A stretch of 15,396 nucleotides of DNA from Sulfurimonadaceae bacterium. Lineage in GTDB: Bacteria; Campylobacterota; Campylobacteria; Campylobacterales; Sulfurimonadaceae. The notes below the pieces were generated by a model. It was given only the letters and a program-made list of their open reading frames with translations. It ran no database searches and was not told where the DNA came from. Position 1 is the stretch's first letter, and every line of letters starts with the position of its first letter. The translations under genes and the position numbers were made by a program. The stretch is from assembly GCA_041548245.1 (NCBI GenBank), contig JBFESZ010000044.1, forward strand, positions 1-15,396, given 5' to 3'. Below, in pieces: positions 8,171 to 15,396 of the stretch.

Positions 8171-8748
8171 TGCTCAGGGTTGATTACCAGTTCCATTTCT
8201 ACTTCGCACAGACCGTCTTTAAATACAGTCTCAATAAGTTCAGCTTCAGCGATAACGGCATCAACAAAGGTTCTCACTTCAGAACGTTGTACCATCATGT
8301 TTTTGATTTTATCAGAACCTTCTATTCTAACACCTTTGACTTTTTCGGCAAGTAGTCTGTATGCATCTGCGATTGCCGCACGTTTTGCTAGGGCATAAGC
8401 TTGAGCAGGTGAAGAAGTCATAGTTGGAGCTACTCCCTGGCCGATGACATTGATACGAATAGTCTTATAGCTGTCTGGTGAAAGCTGCTTTGTCGGTTGT
8501 TTCATCTCATGCGGACAGACCTCTGCTTTGTTCGGTTCTCTCATTTCCATCTTGGCTTCAGGTTCAGGCGCCGTTTCAGTTTTGGCTTCAGGAGCAGGGG
8601 TGACAACAACAGGTTGTACGACGACTGGTTGAACGACAACAGGTTCAATGGTCTCCAGTTTTTTTGGCTCTTGAGGCGTGTTTGTCGGTGCTTCATCAGC
8701 CATCAAAAGAGCTGATAAAAGGGCACTCAATAGTAGAGTTTTGTGCAT
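8143..8748 (-). CDS. flgP: FlgP / LPP20-family flagellar basal-disk protein
   Basis: C-terminal domain VIGQGVAP...AQAYALAKRAAIADAYRLLAEKVKGVRIEGSDKIKNMM closely resembles C. jejuni FlgP as I recall it; directly downstream of gyrA; sigma54 promoter upstream. Confidence 0.85.
   Translation of the reverse strand: MHKTLLLSALLSALLMADEAPTNTPQEPKKLETIEPVVVQPVVVQPVVVTPAPEAKTETAPEPEAKMEMREPNKAEVCPHEMKQPTKQLSPDSYKTIRINVIGQGVAPTMTSSPAQAYALAKRAAIADAYRLLAEKVKGVRIEGSDKIKNMMVQRSEVRTFVDAVIAEAELIETVFKDGLCEVEMELVINPEQWQSILASR
8602..8646 (-). repeat. Degenerate 15-bp tandem repeat encoding EPVVV-QPVVV-QPVVV in FlgP
   Basis: Three 15-nt units with synonymous variation; TTGGCTTCAGG (PEAK) also recurs at 8552-8562 and 8582-8592. 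Confidence 0.7.
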
Positions 8749-8783
8749 AATACATCCTTACATCTTAATTGTTGTAAAGGTTT

Positions 8784-8801
8784 AAGCAATGATTGTTCCA
8801 A
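8784..8801 (-). promoter_or_regulatory. sigma54 (-24/-12) promoter upstream of flgP
   Basis: Minus strand TTGGAACAATCATTGCTT: GG-N10-GC, matching the epsilonproteobacterial TTGGAAC-N5-TTGCTT form; 35 nt upstream of the ATG. Confidence 0.88.
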
Positions 8802-8869
8802 GTTGAGAGGTGTTTGATAAAGGGGAAAAAGGAAGAGATGACTCAAGCCCTTTTATTAGGAAGTGAAGG

Positions 8870-11338
8870 TTATTCTTCACCTTCTTCGAAGTCATCATCA
8901 TCTTTTTCCTCTTTTGGACAGCGGGAGATACTGACAACATCATCACCTTTGATGATGAATACACCAGAAGTATTACGTCCAGATTTAGAGATAGACTGCA
9001 TATCTACACGGATCATCTTGCCTTTTTTGGTTAATGCCATCATATCCATGGATTCGTCAACCATCAGACATCCGACAACTGCATTTCCTGTTTTCGCATT
9101 GAGTTTCATTGCAATAACACCTGAACCTGCACGGTTTGTCAGGCGGTACTCTTCTGCCGTTGTACGTTTTCCAATACCTTTCTCACTGACAGTCAGGATC
9201 TCTTGTTCATCATCGCGGATTATATTGGCATCGATGACAAAGTCACCTTCATGTTTGAACTTGATACCTCTAACACCGCGAGTAGAACGTCCCTGATCTC
9301 TTGTTTTACCGATCTCAAACTTGATACATTGTGCTTGGCGAGTAAGGATAAAGAGATATTGCGTATCAATGGTCGCAATTTTTGCTGTGACAAGGGTATC
9401 ATCCTCATCAAGTACGATAGCACGGACGCCGCTTGAGCGCACATTAGAGAACTCGCTCAGTTTTGTACGTTTGACGATACCGTTTTTGGTAAAGAAGACT
9501 AAAGAGTTCTCTTCGTTGAAGTCAGTTGTCGGGATGATAGACTGGATCTCTTCATCTTGTACGAGGTTGATCAGGTTGACGATTGCCTTACCTTTAGCCG
9601 TACGAGACCCTTCTGGGATGCGGTACACTTTTAACCAGTGAAGCTGACCACGATTTGTTACGATGAGAAGCGTGTCGTGGGTATTGCAGGTAAAGAAGCT
9701 TTCAATAAAATCATCATCATAAGTAGTTACAGCAGTCTTCCCTTTTCCACCGCGATTTTGTTTCTCGTATTGAGCAAGAGGCACACGTTTGATGTACCCA
9801 CGGTGAGTGATGGTCACAACCATCGGTTCATTAGGAATAAGGTCTTCGATATCGATATCATCATAGTTGTCCACGATATCAGTAAGACGAGGTGTAGTCA
9901 AGGCCTCTTTTGCCTCTGCTAACTCTTCTTTGATGATGTTTTGAAGGACTTCTTCGCTTTTTAGGATTGACTCAAGGTACTCAATAAGCGCATGTAGTTC
10001 TTTAAGCTCATTCTCTATCTTCTCACGCTCAAGTCCGGTAAGCTTTTGAAGACGCATATCCAAGATAGCTTGTGCTTGAAGTTCTGAGAACGAAAATTCG
10101 TTCATCAAGCCCTCTTTGGCATCAGCTGTGTCTTTTGAGCCGCGGATCAGTTTGATGATTGCATCGATATGATCAAGTGCCTTTTTCAGACCCTCTAAGA
10201 TATGTGCTTTGGCTTTGGCTTTTTCAAGGTCAAAGATAGTACGGCTGATGATGACCGTTTTACGATGTGCAATAAAGGTGTTAAGCACTTCCATCAAATT
10301 GAAGACTTTAGGCTCTTGGTTTTTGATAGCAAGCATGATGATACCAAAGGTCGTCTGCATGTTTGTCTGCTTGTAGAGATTGTTCAAGACGATCTCTTGC
10401 ATTGCATCACGTTTAAGTTCGATTACCACACGGATACCTTCACGGTCAGACTCGTCTCGTATCTCAGAGATACCTTCAATTGCCTTGTCTCTGACTAATA
10501 AAGCGATTGACTCGATTAGACGTGCTTTATTGACTTGGTAAGGAAGCTCATCGATGACAATGACATCCTTATTCCCTTTTTTCTCAATATGTGTCTTCGC
10601 GCGCAGTTTGATACGCCCACGACCTGTCTCGTAAGCATCCAGGATACCTTTTTGACCATAAATAGTAGCACCTGTAGGGAAGTCCGGTGCTTTGATAAAC
10701 TGCATGATGTCCTGTAGGGATGCCTTAGGGTTCTCAAGAAGGTGAATAAGTCCATTCAAGACTTCACCAGGATTATGAGGAGGGATGTTGGTTGCCATAC
10801 CAACGGCAATACCAGAAGATCCATTGATAAGCAAGTTAGGAACACGGGTAGGGAAGACAGAAGGTTCCTGTGTCGTAGCATCATAGTTGTCGATCATATC
10901 AACGGTATCTTTGTCCAGGTCCTTCATGAGTTCACCGGAGTATTTGGTCATACGTGCTTCCGTATAACGCATTGCTGCTGCATTATCGCCATCAACAGAA
11001 CCGAAGTTTCCCTGACCGTCGACTAAGGTCATACGCATTGAGAAGTCTTGTGCCATACGGACAAGGGCATCATAGACAGAGTTGTCACCATGCGGGTGAT
11101 ATTGACCGATTACGTCACCGACGATACGGGCAGATTTTTTGTACTTAGCACCGGCTGAGAGGTTAAGTTTGTCCATTGCATATAAGATACGTCGGTGAAC
11201 CGGTTTCAATCCATCACGGACATCGGGCAGGGCACGACCAATGATAACACTCATCGAATAATCAAGGTAGGATGCCTTAACTGTGTCTTCTATATTAATA
11301 TTGTCAATATTCTGGCTGTTTTCCAGTAAATCGCTCAT
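8870..11338 (-). CDS. gyrA: DNA gyrase subunit A
   Basis: [22 protein letters not shown], catalytic AAMRYTE, GyrA-box QNRGGKG (gyrase rather than ParC), beta-pinwheel repeats, acidic tail; GAGGA RBS. Confidence 0.99.
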   Translation of the reverse strand: MSDLLENSQNIDNINIEDTVKASYLDYSMSVIIGRALPDVRDGLKPVHRRILYAMDKLNLSAGAKYKKSARIVGDVIGQYHPHGDNSVYDALVRMAQDFSMRMTLVDGQGNFGSVDGDNAAAMRYTEARMTKYSGELMKDLDKDTVDMIDNYDATTQEPSVFPTRVPNLLINGSSGIAVGMATNIPPHNPGEVLNGLIHLLENPKASLQDIMQFIKAPDFPTGATIYGQKGILDAYETGRGRIKLRAKTHIEKKGNKDVIVIDELPYQVNKARLIESIALLVRDKAIEGISEIRDESDREGIRVVIELKRDAMQEIVLNNLYKQTNMQTTFGIIMLAIKNQEPKVFNLMEVLNTFIAHRKTVIISRTIFDLEKAKAKAHILEGLKKALDHIDAIIKLIRGSKDTADAKEGLMNEFSFSELQAQAILDMRLQKLTGLEREKIENELKELHALIEYLESILKSEEVLQNIIKEELAEAKEALTTPRLTDIVDNYDDIDIEDLIPNEPMVVTITHRGYIKRVPLAQYEKQNRGGKGKTAVTTYDDDFIESFFTCNTHDTLLIVTNRGQLHWLKVYRIPEGSRTAKGKAIVNLINLVQDEEIQSIIPTTDFNEENSLVFFTKNGIVKRTKLSEFSNVRSSGVRAIVLDEDDTLVTAKIATIDTQYLFILTRQAQCIKFEIGKTRDQGRSTRGVRGIKFKHEGDFVIDANIIRDDEQEILTVSEKGIGKRTTAEEYRLTNRAGSGVIAMKLNAKTGNAVVGCLMVDESMDMMALTKKGKMIRVDMQSISKSGRNTSGVFIIKGDDVVSISRCPKEEKDDDDFEEGEE

Positions 11339-11521
11339 GCATATCCTCTACATTCGAAAACCGTGTATTTAAAGTACGGCTCTCTAAAAATTGCTTTCAT
11401 AATATCTAAGATTGATTAAGTCATAGATAAAGGATGCATAGAAAGCTTAAAGAAAAGAATTAAAATTTAAAATAAGCGTGAAAAGGTAACAGTCTGTAGA
11501 AAAGCATCGTTTAAAAACAAA

Positions 11522-11562
11522 TGATTAAAAATTAATCACAAGTTTTGATTATTTAAAAATCA
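11522..11562. promoter_or_regulatory. Two tandem 17-bp palindromes TGATT-N7-AATCA (candidate operator of amtB)
   Basis: TGATTAA-AAA-TTAATCA (11522-11538) and TGATT-ATTTAAA-AATCA (11546-11562), 24-bp period, directly upstream of TATAAT. Confidence 0.65.
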
Positions 11563-11569
11563 CCGGGGT

Positions 11570-11575
11570 TATAAT
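11570..11575 (+). promoter_or_regulatory. sigma70 -10 of amtB-PII operon
   Basis: gtTATAAT, 30 nt upstream of the ATG, with AAGGA RBS in between. Confidence 0.75.
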
Positions 11576-11605
11576 TTGCTCAGCTTATTTAAAAAGGAAA
11601 GTTCA

Positions 11606-12913
11606 ATGAAAAAAATGTTTGCAGCATTATTGCTTACTCCGCTTCTTGCATTAGCGGAAGAGACCCCGACTTTGGATACGGGAGATACGGCTTGGATGAT
11701 GGTGTCAACAGCATTTGTAATGTTGATGACACCAGCTGGTTTGGCACTGTTTTATGGTGGTATGACACGTGCAAAGAGCATGCTTAATACTTACCTTATG
11801 GTATTAGCGGCTTTTGTGGTCGGTTTTGTTGTATGGATTGCAGCAGGTTATTCAATCGCATTTGGTACGTCGGAAAGTGCTGGATTGCAAAAGGTCATGG
11901 GTGGTTTTGGACACCTTTTCTTAAACGGTATTACATGGAATGAGTTGAGTGGAACGTATCCAGCTTATGTGTTTATTGTATTTCAAGGTACATTTGCTGC
12001 TATTACTGTGGCTATTGCTTCGGGTTCTGTCATCGAGCGTATCAAGTTTTCGACATGGATCGTATTTGTGGCCATCTGGGGTCTTGTGGTTTATGCTCCG
12101 ATCACACACATGGTATGGGGTGGAGAAGGTGCGCTTCTGTTTGATGCAGGTGCTCTTGATTTCGCGGGTGGTACGGTCGTACACATGAATGGTGGTCTCG
12201 CCGGTCTTGTTCTGGCTATCTTGGTCGGTAAACGCATGGGTTATCCTAAAACAGCGATGAAGCCTGCTTCAGTTATTCTTACTGCTCTTGGTGCTGCACT
12301 CTTGTGGTTCGGATGGTACGGATTTAACGGTGGTTCTGCATTTGGTGCGAATTCAATTGCCGGTCTTGCTTTCTTGACAACGACAATTGCAGCTTCTGTT
12401 GCGGCACTAGCGTGGATGATTTTGGAATGGGTTACATATAAAAAACCCACACTTCTAGGGGCAGCGACAGGTGCTATCGCTGGTCTGGTTGCGATTACTC
12501 CAGCAGCCGGTTTCGTTGATGTCTCAGGTGCATTTATCATTGGTACAGCAGGGGCACTGTTTGCGTTCTTTGGTGTGACCGTATTGAAGAAGAAACTGGG
12601 ATTTGATGACTCCTTGGATGCTTTCGGAGTCCACTTTCTTGCAGGTCTATGGGGTGCATTGGCAACGGGTCTTTTCGCTCTTAAAGACAATGACCTTCTG
12701 TGGGATGGACCACTTAAAGAATCAGGTGACAGAATGGGACAATTCTTCGTACAAGTTGAATCTGTGGTCGTTGTTGGTCTATTCACACTTGTTGGTACGG
12801 TTGTCGTCTATTACATCGCAACGGCGATTACGGGTGGAAGCCGTGTGAGTGAAGATAATGAAGTCGCAGGTCTTGATGAGTCAGTTCACGGTGAACGTGG
12901 ATTCAACCTATAA
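11606..12913 (+). CDS. amtB: Ammonium transporter AmtB (canonical, with signal peptide)
   Basis: Signal peptide MKKMFAALLLTPLLALA; FQGTFA, HMVWGG, DFAGGTVVH, WFGWYGFNGGS, DDSLDAFGVH (twin His); C-terminal GLDESVHGE. Start ATG 11606 after AAGGA. Confidence 0.97.
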   Translation: MKKMFAALLLTPLLALAEETPTLDTGDTAWMMVSTAFVMLMTPAGLALFYGGMTRAKSMLNTYLMVLAAFVVGFVVWIAAGYSIAFGTSESAGLQKVMGGFGHLFLNGITWNELSGTYPAYVFIVFQGTFAAITVAIASGSVIERIKFSTWIVFVAIWGLVVYAPITHMVWGGEGALLFDAGALDFAGGTVVHMNGGLAGLVLAILVGKRMGYPKTAMKPASVILTALGAALLWFGWYGFNGGSAFGANSIAGLAFLTTTIAASVAALAWMILEWVTYKKPTLLGAATGAIAGLVAITPAAGFVDVSGAFIIGTAGALFAFFGVTVLKKKLGFDDSLDAFGVHFLAGLWGALATGLFALKDNDLLWDGPLKESGDRMGQFFVQVESVVVVGLFTLVGTVVVYYIATAITGGSRVSEDNEVAGLDESVHGERGFNL

Positions 12914-12917
12914 TTAA

Positions 12918-13310
<393 letters not shown>

Positions 13311-13329
13311 TCATTTTAGAACAGGACCT

Positions 13330-13363
13330 TCTTTTTTACTCCTGAGATAAGGAGTGGAAAAGA
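13330..13363 (+). other. RNA stem-loop 3' of the PII gene
   Basis: TCTTTTTTACTCCT-GAGATA-AGGAGTGGAAAAGA, 14 bp including two G-U pairs that form only on the + strand; no downstream U-tract. Confidence 0.55.
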
Positions 13364-13468
13364 CACTCAAGACTCCATATTCACGTCATCTTCTCTTTTT
13401 ACAAAAAGAAACATCGTATATTCCCTCATCGTATCTTTTGAAATTAAAGTAGCATCTAAAGCTTGTTC

Positions 13469-13477
13469 TGCCATAAT
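13469..13477 (+). promoter_or_regulatory. Extended -10 promoter (TGcCATAAT) for amt2-crp/fnr
   Basis: TGCCATAAT ending 27 nt before the ATG, with AAGG RBS at 13493-13496. Confidence 0.55.
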
Positions 13478-13504
13478 GTATGATCTTTTTTTAAGGCTCT
13501 TTAA

Positions 13505-14704
13505 ATGAATGAGTTTCTTCCGGTGAATGATTTTAAATATATCATTAATACCCTGTTTATTATCTTCTCTATGACACTTATTATTCTTATGGTACCAGGC
13601 TTTGCAATGTTGGAAGCTGGCCTTGTGCGTACAAAGAATGTCTCTACAGTACTGACAGTTAATACAATGATCTATGCGGTTGCATCGATGGCTTTTCTAC
13701 TCATCGGCTATCAATACGCTTTCGGTTCATGGGAAAACAGTTCGCTCAGTATGTATGCGGCATTTATGTTTCAAATGGCGTTTGTGGGTAAGACCATTAA
13801 TATTATGAGTGGTGGTGTGAGCGAACGTGTCCGTATTATTCCTTTGACGATGTTTACCGTCGTTATGGGTGCATTCATATATCCTACCGTTGTCAATATC
13901 ACCTGGGGTGCGAACTTTTTAGAGGGTACGGCTTTAGCGCTTAGTATGTATGATTTGGCTGGTTCAACCGTTATTCACTCAACCGGTGGCTGGGCACTGC
14001 TTGCGGCTATTTTGATCATGGGCTCACGTAAAGGGCGATATGTGAATGGAAAGGTACGCGTCATTCCAGCTTCTAATATCCCGCTGGTCGTGCTGGGAGC
14101 CTTTTTGCTTTGGATAGGATGGTTTGGCTTTAATGGCGGTTCGGTAGGTTCTATTTCGAGTAAAGAGGGTGCTGATGCCGTAGCCTTGACCATCATGAAC
14201 ACAAATACAGCTGGACTTTCCGGAGCGATTATGGCAGGTTTGGCAATGTATGTCCGCTATAGAAAATTTGATATCACTATGATACTAAACGGTGCTTTGG
14301 GTGGTCTTGTGGCTGTAACAGCTGGACCGGACCTGTATGATATTCATGAGCCGATCATCATCGGTGTTGTTGGCGGTGTGTTGGTCGTTATCGCGGTTCC
14401 TCTGTTTGATAAAATTCGTATCGACGACCCCGTAGGTGCTCTTTCTGTTCACTTGATCAATGGTATTTGGGGAACATTGGCAGTCGGCATCTTCGCCGCA
14501 AACCCGCACGAGGGAATCAGTTTGATGGGGCAACTTAAGGGTGTTGCTGTAGTGGGTGTATTCGCTTTTGTCTCTTCATTTCTAGTCATTTATCTTATCA
14601 ACAAGATTGTAAGGTTTAGAGCGAGTGATGAAGAGCAGGTCAAAGGGCTTGACATTGATGAATGCGGGCTTGAAGCTTACCCTGAACATCAACGTTCTAT
14701 CTAG
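13505..14704 (+). CDS. Second, divergent Amt-family transporter
   Basis: GFAMLEAGLVRTKN, DLAGSTVIH, WIGWFGFNGGS, NGALGGLVAVTA, DDPVGALSVH, GLDIDECG; no signal peptide; short first extracellular loop. Confidence 0.93.
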   Translation: MNEFLPVNDFKYIINTLFIIFSMTLIILMVPGFAMLEAGLVRTKNVSTVLTVNTMIYAVASMAFLLIGYQYAFGSWENSSLSMYAAFMFQMAFVGKTINIMSGGVSERVRIIPLTMFTVVMGAFIYPTVVNITWGANFLEGTALALSMYDLAGSTVIHSTGGWALLAAILIMGSRKGRYVNGKVRVIPASNIPLVVLGAFLLWIGWFGFNGGSVGSISSKEGADAVALTIMNTNTAGLSGAIMAGLAMYVRYRKFDITMILNGALGGLVAVTAGPDLYDIHEPIIIGVVGGVLVVIAVPLFDKIRIDDPVGALSVHLINGIWGTLAVGIFAANPHEGISLMGQLKGVAVVGVFAFVSSFLVIYLINKIVRFRASDEEQVKGLDIDECGLEAYPEHQRSI

Positions 14705-14707
14705 ACA

Positions 14708-15334
14708 ATGGAGAAAGAAAGGCTTCCATCTCTCTTAAAAGAGATATATCTTTTTGCTTTCATGAGTGAAAGTGAATTGGAAAGATTGGCAGAGATATCA
14801 TCGATTCATAATTATGAAAGTAACAGCTATCTCTTTATGCAGGGCGAGAAGAGTGAACACCTTTTGATCCTTATCGAGGGTGTTGTAAGTGTCTTTAAAC
14901 ATGACAGTAAGGGGAATGAGATCATCATAGGTCTCTTTCGACCCTATTCTTTACTGGCAGAACCTGCTATTTTAAAAGGAGTGCCTTTTCCCTCTACAGC
15001 CGTATTTAAGACAAAAGGTTCCGTCATCAAGGTCAAACTTAATGCATTTATAGAGGGTTTTTTAAGTGACCCGCATATCTCTTATGAGGTGATTCAATCC
15101 TTACTTGGAAAGATACAGCTTTTACAGCAGAATATTCATCTCAACATCGCCTCAAGCGCCAAAGAGAAGATCCTGCATTTTTACCAGCAAAATGGAACGC
15201 TTGAGAATGAGTTGAAACATTATGAGATAGCTTCGCTTTTAGGGATGACAGCCGAGACTTTTTCGCGTAATCTCAAGCAATTGCTTCTGGAAGAAAAGTT
15301 GATAAAGGGATCCTCGGGATATCAGATTGCTTGA
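14708..15334 (+). CDS. Crp/Fnr family transcriptional regulator (Cys-less; Dnr/NssR/HcpR-like)
   Basis: cNMP-binding-like barrel (YLFMQGE...GVVSVFK...GNEIII...LAE), HTH IASLLGMTAETFSR with the E-x-x-S-R recognition motif; no cysteine in the protein. Confidence 0.92.
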   Translation: MEKERLPSLLKEIYLFAFMSESELERLAEISSIHNYESNSYLFMQGEKSEHLLILIEGVVSVFKHDSKGNEIIIGLFRPYSLLAEPAILKGVPFPSTAVFKTKGSVIKVKLNAFIEGFLSDPHISYEVIQSLLGKIQLLQQNIHLNIASSAKEKILHFYQQNGTLENELKHYEIASLLGMTAETFSRNLKQLLLEEKLIKGSSGYQIA

Positions 15335-15340
15335 TATAAT
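15332..15340 (+). promoter_or_regulatory. Extended -10 promoter TGaTATAAT overlapping the crp/fnr stop codon
   Basis: Exact TGnTATAAT pointing to the gene beyond the right edge. Confidence 0.55.
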
Positions 15341-15357
15341 TTTAAAAAGCAAGGATC

Positions 15358-15371
15358 TTGATATATATCAA
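15358..15371. promoter_or_regulatory. Perfect FNR/Dnr/NssR-type box TTGAT-ATAT-ATCAA
   Basis: 14-bp perfect palindrome matching TTGAT-N4-ATCAA, 23 nt after the Crp/Fnr gene that carries the ExxSR helix. Confidence 0.85.
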
Positions 15372-15396
15372 TAGTTTTTTTTACGGGCTTGAGTAA

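Noticed and set aside
8826-8856. Possible terminator after gyrA
   Set aside because: Only a weak interrupted stem (AAAAGGG...TCCTTTT); cannot be supported.
8793-9296. 167-aa antisense ORF over the gyrA 3' end, and the other short alternative-frame ORFs in the track
   Set aside because: Ser-rich mirror of the acidic GyrA tail; typical shadow ORFs.
11576-11605. Longer ORF-track starts for amtB (also PII 12921, yqhA 5445, radical SAM 1207)
   Set aside because: Downstream ATGs have clear SD sequences and give family-typical N-termini and lengths.
12241-12786. 181-aa antisense ORF inside amtB
   Set aside because: Shadow of Gly/Ala/Val-rich codons on the opposite strand; no recognisable domain.
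14708-15334. Calling the regulator an oxygen-sensing FNR, or cyanobacterial NtcA
   Set aside because: No cysteines for a 4Fe-4S cluster; the recognition helix is ETFSR, not NtcA-type RVTVTR.
15358-15396. 12-codon TTG-started mini-ORF (LIYINSFFYGLE) after AAGGA
   Set aside because: SD spacing is only 2 nt and the sequence is better explained as the FNR-type box and promoter.

Overview
Core chromosomal region of a Campylobacterota (epsilonproteobacterial) bacterium; gene order and protein style suggest a free-living Sulfurimonas-like lineage (inference). The minus strand carries gyrA-flgP-flgQ-flgR-asd-yqhA-hemE, matching the C. jejuni gyrA-flgP-flgQ-flgR-asd-membrane protein order as I recall it. 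This is followed by an orphan membrane hybrid histidine kinase, a radical SAM protein of unknown function and tRNA-Asn(GTT). Divergently, the plus strand carries a nitrogen module: amtB-PII(glnK/glnB)-a second divergent Amt-a Cys-less Crp/Fnr regulator, ending in a perfect TTGAT-N4-ATCAA box at the window edge. No mobile element, CRISPR array or pseudogene is evident. Most notable: (i) the second Amt has a Lys in a normally hydrophobic TM3 position and is tightly coupled to a Dnr/NssR/HcpR-like regulator; (ii) tandem TGATT-N7-AATCA palindromes lie over the amtB promoter, with a near-copy at the kinase promoter; (iii) the FlgP homolog lacks a lipobox; (iv) a clear sigma54 promoter sits upstream of flgP-flgQ-flgR.
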